A stretch of DNA of 64,000 bases, taken from positions 62,001 through 126,000 of the forward strand of contig NW_026928016.1 in the NCBI RefSeq assembly GCF_032062105.1, given 5' to 3'. Shown here one piece after another: positions 1-12,300 of the stretch. The notes under the pieces were generated by a model, which was given only the letters and a program-made list of their open reading frames with translations, was not told the DNA's origin and searched no databases. Within the stretch, counting starts at the first letter, position 1; every line of letters begins with the position of its first letter. Source of the DNA: Saccostrea cucullata (taxonomy: Eukaryota). The position numbers and the translations under genes were made by a program.

Positions 1-1488
1 CTTCATGAGGATATGGGTCACCAAGGACGAGACCGAACTTACTGGTTGGAACAGCAGAGATTCTACTGGTCAAACATGTATACAGATGTAGTGGAAAAGG
101 TAGAGAAATGTGACAGGTGTGTGAGGTTTAAGACGAGAGAAGTACCAAGGACAGGATTGGTTTCCATTTTTACATCAAGACCTATGGAACTGGTTTGTAT
201 GGACTTTCTGACTCTTGAGAAGTCTAAAGGTGGGTATGAGAACATACTAGTCATTACTGACCACTTTACGAGGTATGCGGTGGCTGTTCCGACCAGGAAC
301 CAATTAGCATCTACTACGGCTAAGGTACTTTATGAACATTTCATCTGCCATTACAGTTTCCCTGAGCGTATACATTCAGACCAGGGCAGGAACTTTGAAA
401 GTTCAGTTATCAAGGAACTCTGTAAGATTGCTGGAGTAAAGAAGAGCAGAACAACTCCATACCACCCTATGGGAAATGGGCAAGTTGAAAGGTTCAACCA
501 GACATTGCTGAAGATGTTAGGGACGTTAGACAGTGAACAGAAGCATGATTGGAAAACTTACGTTTTACCTTTAGTTAATGCCTACAATTCAACGAAGCAT
601 GAGACAACGGGATTCTCGCCGCATTACCTGATGTTTGGGTGAAACCCTAGATTAGCGATAGATGCATATCTTGGATTGGAAGAAACACCTCAAAAGACCA
701 GAAGTAGGGAGAATTATGCACAGAAGCTGAAGAAAAGACTAAACTATGCATACAAGATGGCCAGAGGTAACATTGGTAGAAACAATGTAAGGTATAAACA
801 AGGTTATGACAGGCAGGTCCGTTTTGAAAAATTAGAAGTTGGAGATAGGGTTTTGGTAAGAACATTAGTATTTTCTGGTAGATCAAAATTAGCTGATAAG
901 TGGGAGAGAGATCCCTACATGGTAATAGAACAGCCTGTTTCAAACATCCCAGTCTATAGAGTCAAAAATGAGATATCAGGAAAAATTAGAACATTACATA
1001 GGAATCTTTTATTACCTTTTATGTGCATTACAAAATCTTCGAATTTAGATCAACATTCAGATAACAGGGTCCCGAACGCAGTACCAGACCAGGAAGTTGC
1101 AGAATCAGAGACAGAGTCCGAATCTGAGGATGAGGAAGTTTTGGTAAGGCATAAAAGAGTCAAACCTAAACAGTATATATCTAGTGTTTCAGATAGGTCA
1201 AGGTCATCCAAGTCACTATTAAATAGAGAAGCATCAACTAGAGAAAATACAACACTGAACCGCACAGAGCCATCAACTAGGGAGACTTCAACAAGCGAAA
1301 GTATAAAGTTAACCCACATGGAACCATCTATTCCAGCTAATGTAGTAGCAGAGCCCCGCAGGTCTGCCAGAACCAAGAAAGTACCAGATAGGTATGGTTC
1401 CTGGGTATCTCCCATAGAGACACAAGATGTGGTATGTATAAATAGGGAGAACGTCACAGGTAATCAGGATGTGTGTATATGGATTTAA
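1..1488 (+). pseudogene. Gypsy/Ty3 LTR retrotransposon pol 3' end (integrase), interrupted by one in-frame stop
   Basis: Zinc-binding H..H..CDRC motif and rve core ([26 protein letters not shown]). ORF 13-642 and ORF 676-1488 share a frame and are separated only by TGA at 640-642 (FG*NPRLAID). The C-terminus has an SH3/GPY-like segment (KLADKWERDPY) and a basic RRSARTKKVPDRY motif. Confidence 0.93.
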
Positions 1489-1728
1489 TGTGTTGTTTTT
1501 ATGTTATGTTTTTATTTCATCTTGAATAGAACTACTATGATTTAACTTAAGATTTCACTTACAATGACTTACTTAATTATCGTGTGGAGTATATTGTAGT
1601 TCATAATTTTATGATTAGTCATTAAGTCTTATTATTTGATAGTTACTTAGTTTTGATAAGACTTAAGTTAGTGTAGATAAGTTTAGTAGTAGAGTATTCT
1701 CTTTAAGAAATGTCAGGAGACATTTTAT

Positions 1729-1743
1729 TAAAGAGGGGGAGAA
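1729..1743 (+). other. Polypurine tract of the Gypsy element
   Basis: Purine run AAAGAGGGGGAGAA immediately precedes TGTCACAGG at 1744. Confidence 0.85.
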
Positions 1744-2418
1744 TGTCACAGGGTGACAATTACTTGTTTTTATTTTATTTAGAATATTTAGTTCATTTAA
1801 GATTAGTACAGCTAGCCTAGGTATTTATGTAGTAAATAAGATAGCTGTAGTAAATTCCTTTCATTCATTCATTCATACCTGGTCATTCATTGTCATCGTG
1901 TTTGTATTGTATTCTGGTTTGTCCGGTGTTCCGTGTCACGTGAGTGTTTGGTTGTCACGTGATTGTCTTGTGGTTTATTATTATCCTGGATGTGAGTTGT
2001 AAAACCAGTATGTATGGGGTGTGGTAGTTATGTACGCATGTGTGAGTCCTGGTATATATACTTATGCACGGACTATTCCTTTTTAATCTTGACGATACAT
2101 TGACGATAGTTTGGATGTTCTCCTGCGAGAAATCCACGTGAGCAGTTTGTCTAAGATATTCCTTACGGAATCTTAGTGCCTTAATTGATGTGACTGGTAA
2201 GAATAATTTAATATTAATACTGATTTTAAACTATTCTAATTAAATAAATATCAGTGTGTGTGAATTTGTAAGAGTGTGTCATTCTCATTGCAGGTCACCT
2301 TCATTCGTTTGTTCGTTTATACTTCATCATCGTAATTGTCAGCTAATAAATATATGAACCTTTATTGAGGAACTGTGTTGAATTATTATTATTCCCTGAG
2401 ATTGGGAGACCTGCGACA
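1744..2418 (+). mobile_element. 3' LTR of the Gypsy element (~675 bp)
   Basis: Begins TGTCACAGG right after the PPT and ends CCTGCGACA (9-bp inverted termini, 1 mismatch, TG...CA). AATAAA at ~2345. Sequence switches abruptly to a different repeat after 2418. Confidence 0.85.
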
Positions 2419-3022
2419 AAATCATGACCCCTAGGGCAAGGGTGGGGCTATTATGGGTGATTAAGTAGGAATACATAGGAAAAATCTCTAAGAATCTTTT
2501 TCTCTTGAACAGCAAACTTTAGACCGTCATAGATATATGGAAGCATCCTTGTGTAGTGTAGATTCAAGTTTGTTCAAATCATGAACTAGGGGTAGAGGTG
2601 GGCCACAATGGGTACTCAAGGTTTCATGTAGGAAAAATTGTTTAAATTTTCCACAAGAACAATTGTTTAAATTTTCCACAAGAACAACAAAGCTGTGATT
2701 GATAATGAATATAAAAGCATCAAAAAAGGTAATGAATATTTAAATTTGTTCAAATCATGACCAATCAGAAGAATAGAGGAGCCATTAAAGTGGATCATTA
2801 CAAAGGAAAATAAAGGCTATATCAATAAATATTTTCATCTGATAAACAGCAAAGCCATTACGTGTCTTATTCAATCAAAGGCATCCAAAGGAAGTGTAGA
2901 TTTAAGTTTGTTCAAATACCACCCCCCTTCCACTTTTATATGTGAACTTTTCAATACTGAACTGATATTTGCTTTTACTTAGCCAGTTTCTCAGGTGAGC
3001 GATGTGGCCCCTGGGCCTCTTA
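2419..3022 (+). mobile_element. 3' part of a Helentron-associated non-autonomous element (HINE/pearl-like) that hosts the Gypsy insertion
   Basis: Degenerate satellite units (TTTGTTCAAATCATGA). The 3' end CTCAGGTGAGCGATGTGGCCCCTGGGCCTCTT has a subTIR plus hairpin, the same layout as 61013-61050. Confidence 0.7.
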
Positions 3023-3315
3023 CTTGTTTTGTTTAATGTCCCTGTCAAGAATATTCACTCATATGGAGACATCATCACTTGCTGGTGGAGAGCTGCAAAT
3101 ATTGACCTATGCTTGGCATGCGGCCCATTCAGCAGTGAGGGATCTAAATTTTCATACCAGTACCTACTGCGACAAGGGACCTCGGTTTATACAGTCTTAT
3201 CCAAGGGACCTTTTTCCACGTCCCACAGTAGGATTCAAACCTGCGTTGTAAGGATCGGATCAACTCCTTACCTACATGTAGAAGTAGACACTCTTACCAT
3301 GGCACCACACAGGCA
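3023..3315 (-). mobile_element. tRNA-derived SINE (degenerate)
   Basis: The minus strand begins with a tRNA-like head: A-box-like TGGTGCCATGG and B-box-like GGTTTGAATCC. It ends in an A-rich (AAAC)n-type tail at ~3023-3035. Confidence 0.55.
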
Positions 3316-3468
3316 ACACTTTCTTAATATGAAGGATATTTAGAGGCTTCAGTTAGAATTGATAAATTGTATACTAGTAATTATATGAAGAATGATTCAA
3401 GGCCTCTGAGACTCTTGTTTCTATTAACCATACAAAATGGTTTAAATTAAAGAATTCTAGCACAAATT

Positions 3469-4021
3469 TAGCTGCAGATCTGTTACAGTAGCTCTCTGAA
3501 AAAAAATATATATAGATACATGTAGACTGGAGAGCTACAGTGCCACCCATTGAAAAAACTATATTTATTGCACACAAAAATGTGTGCTCCGTTCTCGATT
3601 TATTTCTCCATGTTTTTAAAACTGTAATCTCAAAATATAACTAACCCTATGTTCCTAACATATTCTTTCACTGTCTCCACGACCAAACATTCCACATAAT
3701 TATTGTTAATACCGGTAGTCCTCATGACCCTGATATTGTAATCATAGAATATTTCGCTTATTAACACTGCCATTTTGGTTCCAAAGTTAATTCAGTCCAA
3801 TATGCTTTGTTCAGAGGTCAACTGCGAGAATACTTGATAGAGGAGAAAGGAATTTTTTGAAATCTTCCCTTTTTTGCAATTGAGGTAAGAATTTGGAAGA
3901 ATTAATCAAGAACCGAGCGCACTTTTTTGTGCGCAATAAATATACAGTTTTTTCAATGGGTGGCACTGTAGCTCTCCGGTCTATCAATATATTTTTTAGG
4001 AGAGCTACAGATCTGCAGCTA
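3469..4021. mobile_element. MITE with ~110-bp TIRs and TA ends (copy 1)
   Basis: TAGCTGCAGATCTG...GAGCTACAGTGCCACCCATTGAAAAAAC is mirrored at 3925-4021. A second copy in the opposite orientation lies at 56259-57679. Confidence 0.85.
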
Positions 4022-6358
4022 GCACAGATCATCTACATGTATGTTACCTTATTATAGATAAAAATATTTGAAATGCATGTATCTCAGAAATACATGTATG
4101 GAGTGACCATAACAAATCCTGAACAGTTTTTATATCCTCTTTAATAAAATACATGGTAAAAAAGGGAGTTACTGTTAAGATTTAAGAAAATATAATATAT
4201 CAAATATTATATGCATGTATCAAATATTATATCAAGACAATATATGTAAAATAAAATGTTTTAATCACTAAAGATACACTGACAGAAAAGAAAAAAATAC
4301 ACAAACATATATTCTTGCCAACATATTTCCATAATTCAAAATCTTTTGAAATTTCTTGGTTAGCTTTCTTGAAATTATCTAAAATACTCTTTATGACTTC
4401 AACATAAATCAATGCTATTGATACTTTTATTTCAATCTGAATTTTTCAACATATGGTAATTAGTTGCTTTACAGCATATTATTTGAATTTGAATGACTTG
4501 TTTTCCTCAATAAATGAAAAGTGCATGGCATTCACGTTTTTTGCAAATTCAATTTTTGCAATTTTTTTAAAACAGGTAAGCTGCTTGATCACAAATCAAG
4601 AAAAATATATACCAGTACTGTAAATCACATATTTCACAGTACACAACATGTAAATGGTTTACTTGAACATGTATATGAAAATGCATGTATTTTTACATAT
4701 AGACATTTCATATTATGCAAAACCACACATTTGTCTAGTATCTTGAATTAAATTATAGACATAATTTCAGAATCAAACTGATACCTTTTTACTGTCTTTC
4801 CACTGATTTTCCACAACGTTTCACATTAAGCAGTAAATGTACAAGATGTTATACATTTTTAACATCTGAATCCTAGAAATTAAATTTTGGACTTGTGAAC
4901 ATATTTCTTTCCCAACAATAGTAATTAAAGGCTCACTTCCCAATGAAATCATGAGAACATAAATTAAAGAATGTAACAATTTTGGAGGATATGGCCAAAT
5001 GATTTGGGCTTTGGGAATGAGGACCATATACTTAATAATTCACAATCTTTTTGTGAAATTCAAAATGTTCAAAAGTTTATGACTGAAAGAAAATTGACAT
5101 CCGATTTTAAGGGTGTTCTTTAGGAGATAAATACAAACATTTACTTATTAATAAATATGCTTTAAAACAAAAAAAAATAAATGTTTATTTAAAATCATCT
5201 TCCAGCTCACCTAATCCAAGATTATTAAAACAATGATCAACGTTCTGTGCAATAACAAAGTGCATTGGAACGATCATAACAAAAATAAAATAAAAGCTAG
5301 ATTCCTTCCATCTCAAACAATTCATTTGGTCAAAAAAGCACCTCAAAACTAAACAATATTAAGACATTTCATTCTGACGAACTGAACACATTGGACGGAT
5401 ATCAGTTAACAACAGCTGCTATTGGATAACCAGAATATTTGAGATGTGCAGCATATATAATACATTCAGTAGTAAAATATTTCACTACTGTATACTGATC
5501 TGTAATAATTTCTCACAACCAATACAGTACTTGACTTGTATTTTAGAACTGGAACTTTGCAATAAAGCATGCTTGCATTATAACATGAGACTCGGCATTA
5601 TGCATGGTACATGTAACAACGTTCACCCTTAAAGAATTCTGTTTGGAAGTTTAGAAAACTGGAATAACCACAGACAAACAAAGTGAAGACAAAGCCTCTA
5701 TAACCACTAGTTTATCATTTAGAGTGGTCAAGGGACTAACAAAACAGAAATGTTAGTGTGAGGATTATATTTCGGATTTGGCTGACATATATGGAATGTT
5801 AAGACATAGTGTATATTTTTTAAAATGATAAATAAAACTATTAAAATACAGAAAGTTTCAGTAAATACATGTATTTGTAAAATATAGGATGAAAATAATT
5901 AATAGTAATTATTTCAGAAAACTTCTTGTTAATGATTAAGGCACACTTATAAAAAAAAAGTCATTTTTGCTGACATAGTCCTTTTTTACTACCTCCTGGA
6001 AACTGATATATAGGAAATATTGTTGGTAAGTTTTTAATAATTTAGATTGATTTTTTTTTCTCGAAAATTAAGTCAAGAGTATTTTAGCACATGTTATTGA
6101 CTTCCTTAAGCTCTATTAAAATATTAGCACAGGTCAATACAGGAGGCAAGTTATATAAGACAAGACACTGATTAGGAGGCCTATAATCAATCTTCATGGT
6201 GTCTACAAGCCTCACATGTACTGATTCATAACAAAATGATTTACAAAGCATAACTTCCTGTGTTTACTAAAACACTATTCATAATGTCTAACTTCAGTTC
6301 ACAATTTTAATGTTCCTTTTTAAAAGTCAAGATACTTCCAGTATATGACTTCTGTCCA

Positions 6359-9300
6359 TTATGTGTTAAAAATAATTTTCAAATGGAGATACAATGGTTT
6401 CACGGTTAACAGCTTGATGTTTTTCCTTTTGTAATCTGCTGGTTTCTGGTATCTGTTAGAAAGGAAATCCCAAAAGTGATATCAGGCATTTCAAACAAAA
6501 GATGTTTGTGAAACACTTATGCCTCCACCCCCAGTCCCTTGGACATACCGTATATCTGTTTTTTTTCGCGTGTTAGAAATTTTGCGAATATGGGGTAGAT
6601 TAATAGTACAGTTTTTATTTTGCGCAAGTTATTTTTATGATTGAAGATTTTTTTGCTTAAAATGGTATTGTCACATTATAGCTGACATTATTTCTGTGTG
6701 TTTTATATTTTGTGACTTAAAAATGGTCACAAAAAATGCAAAAAATAGATCACCGCGAAAAAAAACCAGATACGGTACATGCAAAGAAAATGAATGGAAA
6801 CTGCAAATAAATGAAAGTTTTCCTAAGCCCAAGGGACATAATTCTGTCAAAAATGCTCGATTGTACCCAAAATAAAATATACCTGATATTCTTATGATAA
6901 AGCTGTATACCAAATTTCATTTCACTATTTACAACTTCTGCAAAGAAAATGAACAGAAACTGCAAATAATTGGAATTTTTCTTAGTCAAAGGGGCATCAC
7001 TTTGTCAAACATTATTTGATCATACTTTAATCTGCATGCTAAATTTCATTTTTATGTGTGCAACCTTTGCAAAGAAAATGAATGGAAACTGTTGCAGGAC
7101 CGACAGACAGAAAAAAGCAATGCAACATGCCTTCCCTTCTTCCAAGGGGGACATTATAAACATGAAAAGCTACTTATTACATGCAAAATGACTGAATTTC
7201 AACATATCAAACTGTAATGCTTTTAACAAAAAAGATATATAAAAAAGACATGGTATTATAAAGTTAACACAATACTTTTTTGAGTGTTGTACATTAATTA
7301 CTTACAGTTCTAATGCTACTGGTCCCTCTTTGACTTCATCCCTCTCCATGAAGGCCCAACACTTTGTGCTGATCATGTTTTTCTTTGGTTTAAAATGCTT
7401 GAACTCAAAAAATATTGAAAACCCTATAAAAAAGGAATGAGACAAATTTGATTATATAAGTATCAACATTATCAATAAAAAAAACTTTTTGTTTAAAAAA
7501 AATTACATGTACCGGGTAATACTGCTGACTCAATTCAAGTTCAACTCGTGAGAAAGTGGAGGTTGCTAAAATTGAATATCCCTAACAATTCCTGTAAGGC
7601 CATCCTTAAAAAATTGTTTTTTTGCGGTAACGCGACCGACTCACCAAAATCCACCCTACTGGATTTTTTTTATGGGTTCAAAAAAATTTTTTTTTTTTTT
7701 TTACAGATCCATTTTCTAATTTTATCCTATTGACATTTTTTTACGTCCCCATTGCACCTGTAGACGCTGTTTTTTAAAAAAGAACTGATGTGTTCTGATA
7801 TTTGAACAATAAAAGATTGGATTCATTAAGAATGCCTTAATTTTCTTGTTTGATTAGTAACTTAAAGTGAAATCTAAGACATAGTTAATACCTCTATCTA
7901 ATCGAAATTTAATTCTGACTTTTTGTCTCCAAAAAAAAAAAAAAAATAAGCCTACCTACCTACCCACACCTTAAATGATGAGGCGCGTTACCGCAAAAAA
8001 AAATTTTTTTAAGGATGGCCTAAGCATTAAATTTCTAGGAACATGCATCCTTATATAGTTAAATTTAAACCCTTGTTAAAATTATATATGGATTTTTCTG
8101 GACAATTCTCTAAATTAGGACTCACTAAGAAATAAGTACACTTTAATGTTCAAAAACTTTAAATCTCACTAAAATGAGAAAACTCATTAAAAAGTTTCTT
8201 TTGAATTTTGGTACCAATTTTTGCATTAAAAGAGAATATAAAGAAATAAGGAAAAAGAAAATGATACCCAAAATATCATAAATAAAAACCTCAACCTCTA
8301 AGAATGGAGCTAAACTTTTCAAAATTCATCCATACACTGGTACTTAAAATTACACCTAAGCATTGTGTGTTGAAAACATTGCTAAATACCTGTACTAATA
8401 TACATGTACCATGAACATGATGAAATTATAAAAATAAGATACTAGTAACTCCTCACCTCAATGAATGTTTCCTATAACAAGGCAAATGACTTGTATCAAT
8501 ATGATATTTGAGATGCCTAAATCTGAAAGCTAGATTTTCAAAATAAATATGGGGAAATGGTCATTCTTATTTTTGTATAAATTTGGGTTTTAACAGGATG
8601 AATCTGGAAGATAAGCAGCCCCCTGGCACAGTCTTACAGGTGCTAGTTGAAATGACTTGGAAAATCTATGATTTAGATTTTGAAAATAGGAAAACAAGGA
8701 TTTCTAAAATTTCACATTTCTAATATAGATAAACTACATTTTATCAAAAGCATTTTCAGTTTAATAGGAAAATTTACTCATGAAAATGTTAATGGCAACA
8801 TTTGTGCAAAAAATTGCAGAAACAACTGAGGCAGGTATTTTTTGGAACAAACTGTTAAAAAACAATGAACATGAACAATTGCCCTGCACTGTGGATCCTC
8901 TTGAGGTCTGGGGCTGATGATTTTTAAATTTAGAATGTCTATCTCTACACTTACCATTGGGGAGACTCTCTATAGACTTCTGAATGTGCACCTCTTCATT
9001 AAACACAATACACTTGCTCTCTTTCTTGGTGGCTACTGGTGTATCCTGGGCAGCTGTAAGCTCTGTCCCTGTTGCATCTGCAAATCATCATCATAAACAT
9101 GTGCATATAAACAGTGCTCTAAGTGTATATACATGTATATTTTAAAAAACATACACAAAACTTGACCAAACTCAAATCCAAATGGCTCTACAAGGATAAT
9201 CTTTCATCACGTAGAAATGACACATATTTAATTTGTGTCATATCACTTGCTGTATATAGATACTATGGATTAACATGTGCTTTATATCTAGTGCTTTGTG

Positions 9301-12300
9301 TATGTAGCTCACCTCTCACTGACACAGTTATATAAGGTTCTATGTACTGAGTGGCATCTTTTAGTCCAATTCTCTCTATTTTAACTGTCAGTACTCTCAT
9401 ACCACTGTATGCTAGAGGTCTGGGCAGCAAGCTTCCTTTTGCTAAGATAAACAAACCAAACGAATTCTTATTAGATTTTATGTAAATGTATATATAAAAT
9501 TCATGTAAACATCTCTTAACATATACAAGGATCAATACGGCACATGATTTATGTGGTATGATTTCAACAGATATAATCCAAAAATTAAGAGTTTTGATCT
9601 AAAGCTAATATTCTGTCTTTGTTCTTCTTGAAAAACTTTTTTTAAAGATTTTTCCTTTAAAAATTTCCCTTTGATTTAATATGATTTTATCCTAAATCTG
9701 AGGTCATAATTTGAACAATATGAAATAACCCAAAATTGTGATTTCTTCATCTTGTAAAATCTATATATAAGTTAACTTCATATACTGTATACAGGGTTAT
9801 TTTCGCCATGCTTTGTTTTAGCCTTTTCACACTTGTAAACAATTTTGCCCCATCTTAAATTTGCCTAATCACAGTTCCGTTTAAGAAATTATACTGTATT
9901 CTTTGAATTCGTCCCGTTTTAAATTCGCCCAACCAAGGTAAGGGCGAAAGGGGCAAAAATAAAATGGAGGTTAAATTTCCCTGTATACATGAAGTTTTTA
10001 TTCAAAGGAAAATTTATTAACAATTCAAAGAATATATTCTGCATTTCAATAAAATTAAAAATGCTTTTGAGATAGAAAACTTCAGCCATAGAGTAGAAGA
10101 AAAGACTTGTAAATAGTCTTGGAGTCAATAAAGCCCTACCTCTAGATCACTGTACTTATTCTGGGAGTCAATAAAGCCCTACCTCTAGATCCCTGTACTT
10201 AGTCTGGGAGTCAATAAAGCCCTACCTCTAGATCACTGTACTTAGTCTGGGAGTCAATAAAGCCCTACCTCTAGATCCCTGTACTTAGTCTGGGAGTCAA
10301 TAAAGCCCTACCTCTTGATCACTGTACTTAGTCTGGGAATTTATAAAATATACCTCTAGATCATGTACTTAGTCTGGGAGTCATTAAAGCCCTACCTCTA
10401 GATCACTGTTTTTAGTCTGGGAGTAATAAAGCCCTACCTCTAGATTTATACCAGTCTGGGAGTCAATAAAGCCCTACCTCTAGATCCCTGTACATAGTCT
10501 GGGAGTCAATAAAGCCCTACCTCTAGATCCCTGTACATAGTCTGGGAGTCAATAAAGCCCTACCTCTAGATCCCTGTACTTAGTCTGGGAGTCAATAAAG
10601 CCCTACCTCTAGATCACTGTACTTAGTCTGGGAGTCAATAAAGCCCTACCTCTAGATCACTGTACTTTAATAGTCTGGGAATTTATAAAGCCCTACCTCT
10701 AGATCCCTGTACTTAGTCTGGGAGTCAATAAAGCCCTACCTCTAGATCACTGTACTTAGTCTGGGAATTTATAAAGCCCTACCTCTAGATCACTGTACTT
10801 AGTCTGGGAATTTATAAAGCCCTACCTCTAGATCACTGTACTTAGTCTGGGAATTTATAAAGCCCTACCTCTAGATCACTGTACTTAGTCTGGGAATTTA
10901 TAAAGCCCTCTAGATCACTGTTTTAGTCTGGGAATCCTACCTCTAGATCCCTGTACTTAGTCTGGGAATTTATAAAGCCCTACCTCTAGATCACTGTACT
11001 TAGTCTGGGAATTTATAAAGCCCTACCTCTAGATCACTGTACTTAGTCTGGGAGTCAATAAAGCCCTACCTCTAGATCACTGTACTTAGTCTGGGAATTT
11101 ATAAAGCCCTACCTCTAGATCACTGTACTTAGTCTGGGAATTTATAAAGCCCTACCTCTAGATCCCTGTACTTCGTCTGGGAGTCAATAAAGCCCTACCT
11201 CTAGATCCCTGTACTTATTCTGGGAGTCAATAAATAACCTCTAGATCACTGTACTTAGTCTGGGAATTATAAAGCCCTACCTGTAGATCATATACTTAGT
11301 CTGGGAGTCAATAAAGCCCTATCTAGATCCCTGTACTTAGTCTGGGAGTCAATTGCCCTACCTCTAGATCACTGTACTTAGTGTGGGAATTTATAAAGCC
11401 CTACCTCTAGATCACTGTACTTAGTCTGGGAATTTATAAAGCCCTACCTCTAGATCCCTGTACTTAGTCTGGGAGTCAATAAAGCCCTACCTCTAGATCC
11501 CTGTACTTAGTCTGGGAGTCAATAAAGCCCTACCGCTAGATCACTGTACTTAGTCTCTTAGTCAATAAAGCCCTACCTCTAGATCACTGTACTTAGTCTG
11601 GGAGTCAATAAAGCTCCTACCTCTGGATCCCTGTTTATCATCATCCACTTCATCACTTTCTTGAACTCTGAAATAAATACAAAAATCATTTACATCATTT
11701 ATCAACTTTAATTGCAACAACAAATTCACACCCTAAAATAATCTAAGATGTACTGTGAACAAAGTCATGAAATGAAATCCCCATCAAAAAAAAAAAAAAT
11801 GTTCAATTCAATTTTAAGTGCGACTTTGAACCTTGCCTAAAATACCTTTGTTAGAACAAAAATGACACCTCTTCTGGTGATAAGTTATCTTTAAGTTAAA
11901 TGTGGGGACATCAAATGTTTCTCCATAAAAAAATCTAGACTTGCCATGAACTTTACACATGACCTTTGGTGAAAATCATGACAAACTTTCAGGTCATAAC
12001 AATTTTCGTACTAAGAATGTGCTTCTGAAGATTTTCCATTACAAAGTTATAGCCTGGACAAGAATTCTATAATCTTCCTGTCAGTGACCTTGAACTTGTT
12101 GGAATGACATTCAATCAAGAACAAGACACACTCTGTGCTAAGTAAGAGCTTCCAATGATTCTGTATTAATCAAAGAGATATAATTCCGATGTTTTGGCTT
12201 TTTCAATCTCTGTACATAGTGTGAGTTTCCAAAGGTTTTCTTTTAGAGATGGCTCAGAATTTTGGAAAACTTTTTTCTGACAGTGACTTGAACTTGCTAA

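Noticed and set aside
640-642. Selenocysteine or programmed readthrough at the integrase TGA
   Set aside because: The position corresponds to a usual Arg (CGA->TGA is simpler), and I recognised no SECIS or readthrough signal.
3225-3315. tRNA gene
   Set aside because: A/B-box remnants only, no intact cloverleaf, and attached to a SINE body.
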